Shown here: one piece after another, positions 10,601-18,405 of the stretch | Layout: each line of letters starts with the position of its first letter | Numbering within the stretch: position 1 is the first letter of the stretch | NCBI GenBank assembly: GCA_964537975.1 | Contig: CAZIDP010000021.1 | Location: 4,264 to 68,263, forward strand | DNA length: 64,000 nt | Reading direction: 5' to 3' | DNA from: an uncultured Nitrospirales bacterium | Lineage (GTDB): Bacteria; Hydrogenedentota; Hydrogenedentia; Hydrogenedentales; SCBR16-9 | Program-made: the position numbers and the translations under genes | Notes under the pieces: model-generated | Database searches by the model: none | The model's input: the letters and a program-made list of their open reading frames with translations, nothing else | Told to the model about the DNA's origin: nothing

Positions 10601-10869
10601 CTGTCGTCGACGCGAGTGTAACCCGTTTCATTCCGGTTCTCATGGCCTCGGCGACCACAATGCTGGGAATGATACCACTTTTCAGTGATGCATTCTTTGT
10701 CGGGATGGCTGTCACCATCGTCTTCGGACTAGGTTTTGGAACTATCCTGATACTCGTGGTGGTGCCGGTCCTTTATTCGATATTTTTTCGTGTCCCATAT
10801 TACCCAAAGAAATCGATACCCCCTGTAGAGGCGAGTGTTGATGCGGAATCGAATGAAAATCACAGTTAA
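7663..10869 (+). CDS. RND efflux permease (AcrB/HAE1-type, 12 TM with two large periplasmic loops)
   Basis: 1068 aa. N-terminus MNIAEYSIRNSVVIVVITIVLLGAGYVSFQRLP is typical of the AcrB family. TM-rich blocks follow large loops of about 300 aa. Confidence 0.9.
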   Translation: MNIAEYSIRNSVVIVVITIVLLGAGYVSFQRLPRLEEPEYTIKEAIIITTYPGATATEVEEEVSDVVEKAAQQLGQLNRVESRSSHGLSIVKVFIKEGYEKEELRQVWDELRRKVNDCQIELPPGAGPSLVNDDFGDIYGVYFALTGEGYTYKDLYETAKFLQRELLQVTDVKRVDILGNQQEVIYVEMQREKMAELRISPHDIYGALASKNLVTSAGKAVVGPERIPLNPTGAFTSEKQFNDLLVRGRWPNDDSLVYLGDVANIVRGYQEPPTNIIQHNNKPAVCIGVSTVEGGNVVKMGQAIDNRMQELLPQIPLGIEIGTIALQSREVVIAIKNFVINLIEAVLIVIVVLLIFMGLRSGLIIGTVLLVTIMGSFIFVEMKGLILERVSLGSLIIALGMLVDNAIVVTDGMSVRIQAGKNALDAAKEVIGQTAIPLLGATVIAILAFAPIGLSQDNTGEICRSLFYVVLISLGLSWFTAVTTTPLLCHTFLKKPKQNTHSTGNNSYAGILFSIYRGILGACIRFRWVTVTVVVALFVLSLISFNSLKQNFFPDSTRTQFMVDFWFPEGTRIEETAERIWKAEDHLRQLEGVDSVTSTVGRGNMRFVLVYSPELSWDAYAQCLVDVADYRKIPEIIEVAEDELGAMFPDANITGQAFINGPGGPGKVRVRITGPDSEVLRELAEKTKHIMEDSPRAKGVRTDWRSKTKILKPLVAETQARMLGIERPQVAQAFEAALEGTVVGVYRDKDELLPIVARSPEKERLSLNDLNSVQVWSPTALQMVSMEQVLTGFTTEFEDPYIWRRNRAKTITVFANPKMGLASELFRDVKVEVEKGLNVDVEQILGKTPTRHTFTTIPVKDAHMLPLKGMPGYYMAWGGQAEDSAKATANLAKNYPPILGMMIFITILLFRNIRKTLVIWLMVPTAIIGVTIGLILCNQPFGFMPLLGLLSLSGMLIKCAIVLIDEIGAQTDSGKHPFHAVVDASVTRFIPVLMASATTMLGMIPLFSDAFFVGMAVTIVFGLGFGTILILVVVPVLYSIFFRVPYYPKKSIPPVEASVDAESNENHS

Positions 10870-10888
10870 TTAATAGAGAGATACTGTC

Positions 10889-12454
10889 ATGATAAAGACT
10901 ATGTATAAAATTGTTATTTTGGGATCCCTGCTGCTTTTCCTGGGCGGTTGCGCGACAGTAGGCCCAGGCTACGTTAAGCCTGAATTGCAGGAACCTGACG
11001 CTTGGATTGAGAATGATTCGCGGATCAAAAGTGAGCCAGCAGACCTGAGTGCATGGTGGAATGTCTTTAACGATCAGGTATTGGATGATTTGATTGATAC
11101 CGCGTATCAGCAAAATCTTTCATTGCAAATTGCTGGTATTCGTATTCTTGAATCGCATGCCCAATTGGGAGTCACCATTGGATACAAGTATCCCCAAGTA
11201 CAGAATTTCAGTGGGGAATTTACAAGCATGAACTTGAGTAAGAACACGCCAAATATGTTTTCAATGCTGGATTTCAAGTACAACGACATGGCAGTCAGCT
11301 TCGGTTCAGCATGGGAGATCGACCTCTGGGGGAAATACCGGAGGAGTATCGAGGCGAGTAATGCAGTACTGGACAGCTCAATAGCTGCCTATGATGATGT
11401 TCTCGTCTCTCTAGCAGCGAATGTGGCTGGTGTGTATACGCTTATCCGGACTTTTGAAGCCCGTCTCGACGTGGCCCATACCAATGTGGAATTACAAGAG
11501 CAGACCCTCCGAATTGCTGATGCCCAGTTTCAAGGGGGGTTGGTCACTGAACTCGATGTGCTGCAAGCCAGAAACCTGCTGTATGCCACAAGGGCATCAA
11601 TTCCGCCTCTCGAAGCAGGCCGGCGCCAAGCACAGAATGCTCTTGCTACACTTCTCGGTGTCTTACCGGGTGAAGTACAAGGACTCCTTGAAGAGCCCAG
11701 GCCAATTCCATCAGCCCCGATTGATGTAGCTGTGGGCATTCCAGCTGAACTGATTCGCAGGCGGCCTGATATCCGTTTTGCAGAACGCCAAGTGGCTGCT
11801 CAATGTGCCTTAATCGGTGTGGCAAAAGCAGACCTCTATCCCCATTTCTCACTGTTCGGCTCAATCGGGTTGCGGACAAGTGATACAGACTCCATCTTGC
11901 CTGGTGGTAATGGCGGTACTAATATCAGCAACTTACTTGCATCGGACAGCCGCCAGTGGTTTGCAGGGCCCAGTTTCTCCTGGGACATCATGAATTATGG
12001 TCGAATTAAAAACAGAGTCCGCGTAGAAGATGCCCGCTTCCAGCAATTAGAAGTCAACTACCAAAACACAGTTCTCAGAGCCGTTCAAGAAGTAGAGGAT
12101 GGGCTGGTGGGATTCATCCAAGCCTGCGACGCGAAGAATTTTTATTCTGAGTCTGTTGCGGCAGCAGAACGATCAGTAAGAATATCTCTGGTGCAATACC
12201 GAGAAGGCTTGGTGGATTATCAACGTGTACTTGATGCACAACGCGCCTTGGCGTCTTCTCAAGATGCCTTTGTGTTCACTTCAGGCTCTGTAGCCACCAA
12301 TTTGATTGATGTCTACAGAGCGCTTGGTGGTGGTTGGGAAATCCGGTTCGGGAAAGACTTCATATCGACCTTAAATAGAAACGAGATGGAGAACCGCACT
12401 GACTGGGGTATGGTACTTGTTCCTGAAGTATTGGAACCGGAGACTATACAATGA
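10889..12454 (+). CDS. Outer-membrane efflux lipoprotein (TolC-like, NodT family)
   Basis: Lipobox LLFLGGC. Tandem OEP repeats. It is the third gene of the adaptor, pump, outer-membrane-factor operon. Confidence 0.85.
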   Translation: MIKTMYKIVILGSLLLFLGGCATVGPGYVKPELQEPDAWIENDSRIKSEPADLSAWWNVFNDQVLDDLIDTAYQQNLSLQIAGIRILESHAQLGVTIGYKYPQVQNFSGEFTSMNLSKNTPNMFSMLDFKYNDMAVSFGSAWEIDLWGKYRRSIEASNAVLDSSIAAYDDVLVSLAANVAGVYTLIRTFEARLDVAHTNVELQEQTLRIADAQFQGGLVTELDVLQARNLLYATRASIPPLEAGRRQAQNALATLLGVLPGEVQGLLEEPRPIPSAPIDVAVGIPAELIRRRPDIRFAERQVAAQCALIGVAKADLYPHFSLFGSIGLRTSDTDSILPGGNGGTNISNLLASDSRQWFAGPSFSWDIMNYGRIKNRVRVEDARFQQLEVNYQNTVLRAVQEVEDGLVGFIQACDAKNFYSESVAAAERSVRISLVQYREGLVDYQRVLDAQRALASSQDAFVFTSGSVATNLIDVYRALGGGWEIRFGKDFISTLNRNEMENRTDWGMVLVPEVLEPETIQ

Positions 12455-12638
12455 TGAACATTGTTATGTGTGCGAAGCAACCAGCAATAGTCGCATACAA
12501 CACATGTGTGAGGATGCCCAAAGAGATAAACACAATATCTTCGTTGTTGTAGACGACGAAGTGATGCTGACGTTTCACTACCTGTCATACAGTAAGCCAA
12601 GATATTTTGTATCCAAGGCATCTTAGGAGTAATAAACC

Positions 12639-13589
12639 ATGAATATGCAATCGCAGGATCATTTCCCAGGCACTGAGGAAAACCTGACTACGAGAATCCA
12701 GACGACACTCAGACGTTCGGTGAGCCGCAAACTGTGGAAGCGCATTCTCTGGCGAATCGGATTGGTCATTTTCGGATTCATTATAGTGGGCTCATTCCTG
12801 CTTGAGTCTCTCAGATATTATTTCCCTCAACTCAACGAGATGCCCTTCGTCATTTTTGTGACAGTTAATTTCTTGTTATATCCCTTAATTATCATATCTG
12901 TCCGGCATGTACTCGCCTTATTGGTGGACCTTCAAATGGCTCATGTTGAGTTATTGGTACTTCTTGGAAAGGCTGTTGCAAAAAGGGATCAAGACACTGG
13001 AGAACACAATTTCAGAGTTGCTATCATGGCGGTTCAACTTGCAGAAGCGGCACAATTGGATTCAAAGTTGATGATGGGACTTTTTATGGGAGCTTTCTTA
13101 CACGATATAGGTAAGATTGGTGTTCCCGATAGCATATTACTCAAGCCGAACCACCTCTCGCACGATGAACGTTTAGAGATTGAGAAACATGTAGCACATG
13201 GACTTGAAATCGTCACAGGTCCCGAGTGGCTTCAAGGTACTACCCGTGTGGTCGGTTTTCATCATGAGAAATTTGATGGTTCCGGATATCCCAACCAAAA
13301 GAAAGGGGCTGAGATACCTATTGAGGCCCGCATCTTCTCAATTATTGATGTCTTCGATGCCCTTGTTTCAATACGACCTTACAAAGATGCGTTGCCATTT
13401 GAAGAGGCACTGGCAATTATTGTAATGGAAAAAGGCAAGAGTTTCGACCCAATACTCCTTGATGTGTTCATGCCAATAGCCAAGAACCTTTACAACCAGG
13501 TAATACAATCTGATTTGGAACAGCAGAAAGAAATGGTAGTTAAAATCATAGAAAAATATTTTAGCCAATGGGAAACTGAAATCGCATAA
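12639..13589 (+). CDS. HD-GYP domain c-di-GMP phosphodiesterase with N-terminal transmembrane segments
   Basis: HD motif LHDIGKIGVPD and GYP motif HHEKFDGSGYP. Two N-terminal hydrophobic helices. Confidence 0.85.
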   Translation: MNMQSQDHFPGTEENLTTRIQTTLRRSVSRKLWKRILWRIGLVIFGFIIVGSFLLESLRYYFPQLNEMPFVIFVTVNFLLYPLIIISVRHVLALLVDLQMAHVELLVLLGKAVAKRDQDTGEHNFRVAIMAVQLAEAAQLDSKLMMGLFMGAFLHDIGKIGVPDSILLKPNHLSHDERLEIEKHVAHGLEIVTGPEWLQGTTRVVGFHHEKFDGSGYPNQKKGAEIPIEARIFSIIDVFDALVSIRPYKDALPFEEALAIIVMEKGKSFDPILLDVFMPIAKNLYNQVIQSDLEQQKEMVVKIIEKYFSQWETEIA

Positions 13590-13818
13590 GGCATATTCCG
13601 GTTTGGGGCTGATACTGGTTTTCGTTTCCATTTCGGGATACAGGTTTCTATATAAAACGCTATGCTTGGACGAATACTTTTGCAGGATTGTGAAAATGTG
13701 AAGATACCTAAAAATATATTGTAATGAATATCTGCATACTTGTATTAACGGTAAAGAAAAGTATAAAACGACATTTGTAATTGAGCAATATAACGAAACA
13801 AGGACTGCAAATGTCTCT

Positions 13819-13898
13819 TGGTATTTACCACAGAGACACTAAGGACATGGAGTTTTTTAATTGATTACTTCGTGAACGCTGTGTCTCTGTGGTTGCAC
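13819..13898. repeat. Short inverted-repeat (MITE- or hairpin-like) element, copy 1: TTACCACAGAGACAC, about 42 nt, GTGTCTCTGTGGTT
   Basis: Arms 13825-13839 and 13881-13894 are perfect reverse complements of each other. A related copy lies at 14006-14110. Confidence 0.5.
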
Positions 13899-14005
13899 TA
13901 TAATCCTTTGGCTATCTACTTGTTACTGTCTTTCAGTTCAGGCACGTTGTAATTGATCAGCAATCCCAGTCACTTTCCGGTGAGTTTATCCATGATGGTA
14001 TACTT

Positions 14006-14110
14006 TGGTGTTTACCACAGAGGAACAGAAATACAAAGTAACAGATAACTAGAAAAAGTAAAAACAGTGAAAATTCGTTCTTTGCGAACTCTGTGGCTCT
14101 GTGGTTCCCC
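14006..14110. repeat. Short inverted-repeat element, copy 2: TTACCACAGAG, about 66 nt, CTCTGTGGCTCTGTGGTT (right arm partially duplicated)
   Basis: The end motifs ggtRtttaccacagag and ctctgtggtt are shared with copy 1. The interior differs in length and sequence. Confidence 0.5.
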
Positions 14111-14183
14111 ATTTCCTGTCTGCTGCCCAAGCCGCTCTCAGTCACTTGCGTGTGGAACCAAAAGGTGCGAGTAGGCAACTGGA

Positions 14184-14405
14184 ATGGTGATCCACTTTCA
14201 CTGTGACAATTGCGATGAGCTTGCGATCCGGGCTGTAGCAGCAGGTGCCGTGATGATCCGTGAGCCATCGGACGCATTCTACGGCGAGCGCTCTTGCACC
14301 AACCGCGATCCTTTTGGCCACGAGTGGATGATTGGTCACAATATCGAGAAGGTGGACCTTGTGGAGATGCAACGTCGATATACGGAGATGTTTGAGGACG
14401 CTTGA
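14184..14405 (+). pseudogene. C-terminal half only of a VOC/glyoxalase-bleomycin-resistance (PhnB-like) family protein; the N-terminal half is absent
   Basis: AIRAVAAGAVMIREPSDAFYGERSCTNRDPFGHEWMIGHN matches the conserved C-terminal block of PhnB-like VOC proteins (AGA..., D.FWG(D/E)R.G.V.DPFGH.W.I). An in-frame stop sits 4 codons upstream of the Met. No N-terminal half was found in any frame upstream. Confidence 0.5.
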
Positions 14406-14536
14406 CTTCAGACAATCAGCCCCCTCCCGCAGGTTTGCTGACCTATTCCATAGACTGCTTCGCGACTTATACCACCGCGGCAGGTTGAAGGGATTGTTTG
14501 AACAAATTCTTTTGGTGTAACCCATAACTGGTTTGT

Positions 14537-14794
14537 TTACAATTTATCCCATTCCTCAACATCTCTATCTTTGACTTTCCCGAATACTTCATCAAATCCT
14601 TTTATAATTTCTTCTTTATTTTTGTCTTTCAACAAATTTGTGTAGTATTGAGAATTATCTAGTTCAGATAGTTCTTTGGTAAATGCATACAAGGCAAATT
14701 GATTTATTGATACTCCTTCTAACTTTGCCGTAATCTCAATCCTATCTTTGAGTTCTGCAGGAATCCGTATAGTCATAACATTGACCTTAGGCAT
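14537..14794 (-). CDS. Ribbon-helix-helix antitoxin-like protein (HicB/CopG/Arc-type type II toxin-antitoxin antitoxin), apparently orphan
   Basis: MTIRIPAELKDRIEITAKLEGVSINQFALYAFTKEL is a classic RHH pattern: a beta strand followed by two helices. No intact toxin partner is adjacent. Confidence 0.6.
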   Translation of the reverse strand: MPKVNVMTIRIPAELKDRIEITAKLEGVSINQFALYAFTKELSELDNSQYYTNLLKDKNKEEIIKGFDEVFGKVKDRDVEEWDKL

Positions 14795-14812
14795 GGCCTT
14801 TCCTTCACCTTT

Positions 14813-14950
14813 TCATGAACTCCGCTGGAGTCACAATTTGAATGTCATCAAATTTCAAATTTGTGTTATTAGTAAAATCGCTAACATTCTTTGTGATAAT
14901 AAATTTTGAATTACAGGAATCTGATATCGATCTTGCTGCCTTTCAAGGCG
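14813..14950 (-). pseudogene. Possible remnant of the C-terminus of a PIN-domain (VapC-like) toxin, with no start codon
   Basis: Minus-strand translation ...DSCNSKFIITKNVSDFTNNTNLKFDDIQIVTPAEFMKR* resembles the C-terminal block of PIN toxins (D..a...lvT.N..DF). About 45 codons are open with no ATG. Weak. Confidence 0.3.
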
Positions 14951-14980
14951 ATACAATCTGGTATTTTATATAAATCCTCT

Positions 14981-15011
14981 TACCACGTGGTAGCGGTGTC
15001 CGATGCTACCA
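14981..15011. promoter_or_regulatory. Perfect 12-bp palindrome TACCACGTGGTA overlapping a 7-bp-stem hairpin (TGGTAGC, 10 nt, GCTACCA)
   Basis: Seen in sequence between the AlkD-like remnant and the PIN remnant. It shares the TACCAC/GTGGTA half-site with the hairpin elements at 13.8-14.1 kb. Confidence 0.3.
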
Positions 15012-15041
15012 GCTGTTACCCCTCAAGCCAGAGGTTAGAAT

Positions 15042-15421
15042 TCAACTTTGCCGGCTCACCATCTCGTTGATCCAGACCGGGGCGAAGGGTGAGGTGCAAC
15101 CCTTGGAAACGGGGAAGTCGCGATAGATTCCCAATTTTTCTCCTATGGCAATGGCCCGTTTACGATGTTTAGCGAAGTGGATTCCGATTCCTGCCAGGCA
15201 GAAGTTCATTGTCCATTGTACTTCTGGAGCAGCGACGCCCATTTCAGACTCGATACGATCCAAAAGCACCGACAGGTCGAGTCCTTCCGGACTTTTGGCA
15301 ATTCGCTTGGAGGTCAGACTCCATCCGGCGCGGGCCGCCCAAGGGTCATCCGCATCTATCCAAGCCTGGCGAAGCGTTCACTTATCGGTAGTATCTTTTC
15401 CGAAAAAAATAGTTTACCGAA
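15042..15421 (-). pseudogene. Truncated AlkD/AlkC-like (HEAT-repeat DNA alkylation repair family) C-terminal fragment; its 5' end runs into repeat copy B with no start codon
   Basis: The minus frame is open for about 126 codons (...DDPWAARAGWSLTSKRIAKS...WTMNFCLAGIGIHFAKHRKRAIAIGEKLG...). The D.W..R.A-type motifs are reminiscent of DNA_alkylation family repeats. A stop lies immediately upstream, and the only ATG gives 75 aa. The family assignment is tentative. Confidence 0.35.
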
Positions 15422-15513
15422 CTGAGACTCCGATGTCCTCTTTTATTTATATCCATTCAAAATCCACCAACAAGATAGGGCTGCCCTACCCTCTGTCGCC
15501 GCTAGTCGTCGCC
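15383..15513. repeat. Intergenic repeat, copy B (about 131 bp), homologous to 3952-4080
   Basis: Same alignment as copy A. The 61-aa ORF inside copy A is interrupted by an in-frame TAG at the matching position of copy B, so the repeat is non-coding. Confidence 0.6.
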
Positions 15514-15699
15514 ATATATTATATGAACGACAGAAGGCTCCGGCGGGACAGGGCTTAGTTCACAGAATGCTGCGATTGTACTCAAGAACTAAATGGTGCA
15601 CTTAGTATGTGAACCTTGGATCTATCGTATAAGTCTTTCTCAAATCATTCAAAATTATTGTATAATACTTATAACAATAAATTTTAAGGGGGAAAGCAA

Positions 15700-17283
15700 A
15701 TGGACACCTACCGAAATACGTACAAGTTTACGATTATCTTTGTATTCACCAGTATATTTCTGCTCCTGTTGACTGGCTGTCCTCCGCGACCACCAGTGGT
15801 GGTTATTACGGTTACTCCCACACAAGCAACAATTGAAGTTGATGAATCCATTCTTGTATCAGCAGAATCAAGCGATACCAACGATATCATTGTCTGGTCA
15901 TCCAGCAACAATAACATCGTCTCTGTAACAGAAGCTGGTTTGGTGCATGGTATTTCTGCAGGCACTGCATCGATCACGGCCACCGGGAGTGTGAGCAATG
16001 CATCAGCCACCGTATCCATACAGGTCGTTGAGCCTGAAGTATGGGATCCGGATACCTTTGTCTATGATGTCTCGCTGGCACCTGATGTGAATTATGTTGA
16101 TGAGTCGGTGTTAGAAATGTTGAGTGCTTATGATGAAGAAAACCGTCTTTATTATTTTGATCTTGATCAGGTACAGGCCTATGGATGGGAATTTATTGAA
16201 GGAGAGCCACTTATAGTCCATGGCACAGGTCTGGGCCGAATACTAGAAATAGTTGAAACGGACAACCAGATTATAATTGAAACTGACTTTATTTCATTGA
16301 CTGATATTATAACGGAGGGAGAAATTGCCTGGGACTATGGTGTTGAGTTTACCGAAGAAAAGATTGCAGCAATTGAAATTCCTGGGAAGGGTATCTATTA
16401 TCCAACCAAGGGAACGCCTCTTGAAATCAATCTTGATGTTGGTAATTTGAATTATCTGCTCAAGGTGAATCTGGATAGTAAAATTGCCACATTTGACTTT
16501 ACTGTCAGTCGCGATTTGGCTAGACCTGCTGGTGCGCGCTTTCAAGCTGTAGGTCAGTTGGAACGATTTCGCAGTAAGGATTTAATAGAGATTCAAGGGG
16601 GTACCCTGACAACATTTGAGCATCAACTCAATGGTTTGAATGGCGACGTCACCTTGGAACTGGTGCTGGCTGCTTCGGGAAACGATGCTGCCAATCTGGA
16701 GTTTCCTGTGACGATCATGCGAATCCCGTTCATGGTTGGACCCATCCCGGTTGTACTGAATATACGTATACAATTTGTGGTAAACGCCGTGGTACCCCTG
16801 GATGGCAGTGCCCATGTAAAAACTCGCTTTGCCTACAATAGCGATTTGGGACTTTCGTGTGATGGAGTTGCTGTTGAAGCAGGAGGTCGAATGGGAGATA
16901 CGCAGTTTGGAGATCCCATTCATCAAACCGGCGCATCGAGTGCGTTAGCCGCAAATTTTGGTGTCGGATTTCCCCGTGTAGAACTCAGTGTAGCTGGAAA
17001 CACTCTTGTTCCCTGGGCGCAAGTGGCATTTCTTGTAGGTGGTTCCTACACATTCCACCCTGCCTGCCAGACAGCCGATGCTACATTCCTTGGAGCGGTT
17101 GGCTATAAACTTGGATTTCTTGGATTGAACCTTTTATCGGGTAGTAAAACATTATTTCGGGAAGACAAGGAATTGTTACGGGCTGGAAGTTGTCCAAAAG
17201 GCATCTACCCAATGGAGTATGAGCTGATTGCAGATTCGATGATGTACGACTTGATTTCCTCAGACTATTTCATTGGAAATTGA
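15700..17283 (+). CDS. Lipoprotein with a bacterial Ig-like (Big_2) domain and an uncharacterised C-terminal region
   Basis: Lipobox LLLLTGC. Big_2 pattern VTVTPTQATIEVDESILVSAESSDTNDIIVWSSSNNNIVSVTEAGLVHGISAGTASITAT. Confidence 0.75.
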   Translation: MDTYRNTYKFTIIFVFTSIFLLLLTGCPPRPPVVVITVTPTQATIEVDESILVSAESSDTNDIIVWSSSNNNIVSVTEAGLVHGISAGTASITATGSVSNASATVSIQVVEPEVWDPDTFVYDVSLAPDVNYVDESVLEMLSAYDEENRLYYFDLDQVQAYGWEFIEGEPLIVHGTGLGRILEIVETDNQIIIETDFISLTDIITEGEIAWDYGVEFTEEKIAAIEIPGKGIYYPTKGTPLEINLDVGNLNYLLKVNLDSKIATFDFTVSRDLARPAGARFQAVGQLERFRSKDLIEIQGGTLTTFEHQLNGLNGDVTLELVLAASGNDAANLEFPVTIMRIPFMVGPIPVVLNIRIQFVVNAVVPLDGSAHVKTRFAYNSDLGLSCDGVAVEAGGRMGDTQFGDPIHQTGASSALAANFGVGFPRVELSVAGNTLVPWAQVAFLVGGSYTFHPACQTADATFLGAVGYKLGFLGLNLLSGSKTLFREDKELLRAGSCPKGIYPMEYELIADSMMYDLISSDYFIGN

Positions 17284-17293
17284 ACATATCTTG

Positions 17294-17620
17294 CTAAAAA
17301 GGTGTTGTGAACGGTGAATGCCATCCGCGTGTCAGGTAATCGGTAAATGTAATCACGATCATAATTAAGAACCAGAAAAAGCCAGCACCTGCAAATACCC
17401 AGGTCAGTTTGCTGCTCCATCTTACGTGCATGAAGATCAGGATGATACACATCATCTTGGCAAAGGCAATGGTCAACGCGATGATTAAATTTATAGCCGG
17501 ATTGAAGTGGAATACTTCCAGGCGACCGGCAGCGATGGTGAGCAGCATCAAAATCATCAATACAATGAGATTGATAAAGTATGTTTTGGGAGAAACAATA
17601 TGGTGATGTTGTTCCGACAT
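17294..17620 (-). CDS. coxD: Cytochrome c oxidase subunit IV (prokaryotic caa3-type small subunit, 3 TM)
   Basis: 108-aa hydrophobic protein, MSEQHHHIVSPKTYFINLIVLM..., sitting downstream of coxC. The family is assigned on size, hydropathy and context. Confidence 0.7.
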   Translation of the reverse strand: MSEQHHHIVSPKTYFINLIVLMILMLLTIAAGRLEVFHFNPAINLIIALTIAFAKMMCIILIFMHVRWSSKLTWVFAGAGFFWFLIMIVITFTDYLTRGWHSPFTTPF

Positions 17621-17697
17621 AATGTTTTGACCTTTAAATATCTGGTTCTTGCTAAAAAACTAACGCGGTACATGTTTCCAGGATTGCCAGATTTCTA

Positions 17698-18405
17698 TCA
17701 GGTAACAAGATAAAAAAGTGGAAACAGGAACACCCATACAATGTCGACAAAATGCCAGTACAAACCAAATAGCATGACTGGCATGAAATATTGGGGCCCA
17801 AACTTGTTTTTGAATGCCATTACAATCAATACGGTCAGAATGCCAAAACCGACTATCATATGCAACGCATGCATTCCAGTCATAACATAGTAAAGGTAGA
17901 AGAACAGTTGCAGGTTACCTTGTTCCGGGAATGCTGCCAGTGCTGTATATTCAGGTGACCAGGCGCTGCCGGGAAATATTCCATGATTGATTTTGGGCAT
18001 ATATTCAAAGAACCATTTAATTGCCAGGAATGCAATGCCCAGACCCATGGTAATGAACAGACACGAGATCATCTGCCGCTTCTTGCCAGTCTGAGTATAA
18101 TAGACAGCCATCGCTACAGAAAAACTGCTCAGCAGCAGGATGATAGTATTGATTGCACCTATTCTCACATCAAGTGAATGGCTTCCTGTGATCCAGGCAT
18201 CAAAGTATTTTGCTCGCATGACCGAATAGGCTAGAAACAAGCCACCAAAAAACATGATCTCCTGTGCCAGAAACAACCACATACCCAGAACACTGGATTC
18301 TTCCTGTTGTTCCATGGACTGAAAATGATGTGCGAGATACGGATTATGGTCTTCCGTGTGTACTGAACTATTACTCACTGGTGGTTTCCTCTCCAGTATA
18401 TGCAT
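17698..18405 (-). CDS. coxC: Cytochrome c oxidase subunit III
   Basis: [33 protein letters not shown] is the canonical subunit III N-terminal block. It overlaps the end of coxA by about 35 nt. Confidence 0.9.
   Translation of the reverse strand: MHILERKPPVSNSSVHTEDHNPYLAHHFQSMEQQEESSVLGMWLFLAQEIMFFGGLFLAYSVMRAKYFDAWITGSHSLDVRIGAINTIILLLSSFSVAMAVYYTQTGKKRQMISCLFITMGLGIAFLAIKWFFEYMPKINHGIFPGSAWSPEYTALAAFPEQGNLQLFFYLYYVMTGMHALHMIVGFGILTVLIVMAFKNKFGPQYFMPVMLFGLYWHFVDIVWVFLFPLFYLVT

Noticed and set aside
13819-14110. Possible CRISPR array
   Set aside because: Only two repeat units, which are themselves internal inverted repeats of unequal length. There are no regular spacers and no cas genes.
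14142-14525. 127-aa minus-strand ORF antisense to the VOC fragment
   Set aside because: No recognisable fold. It overlaps a fragment with clear family similarity on the other strand.
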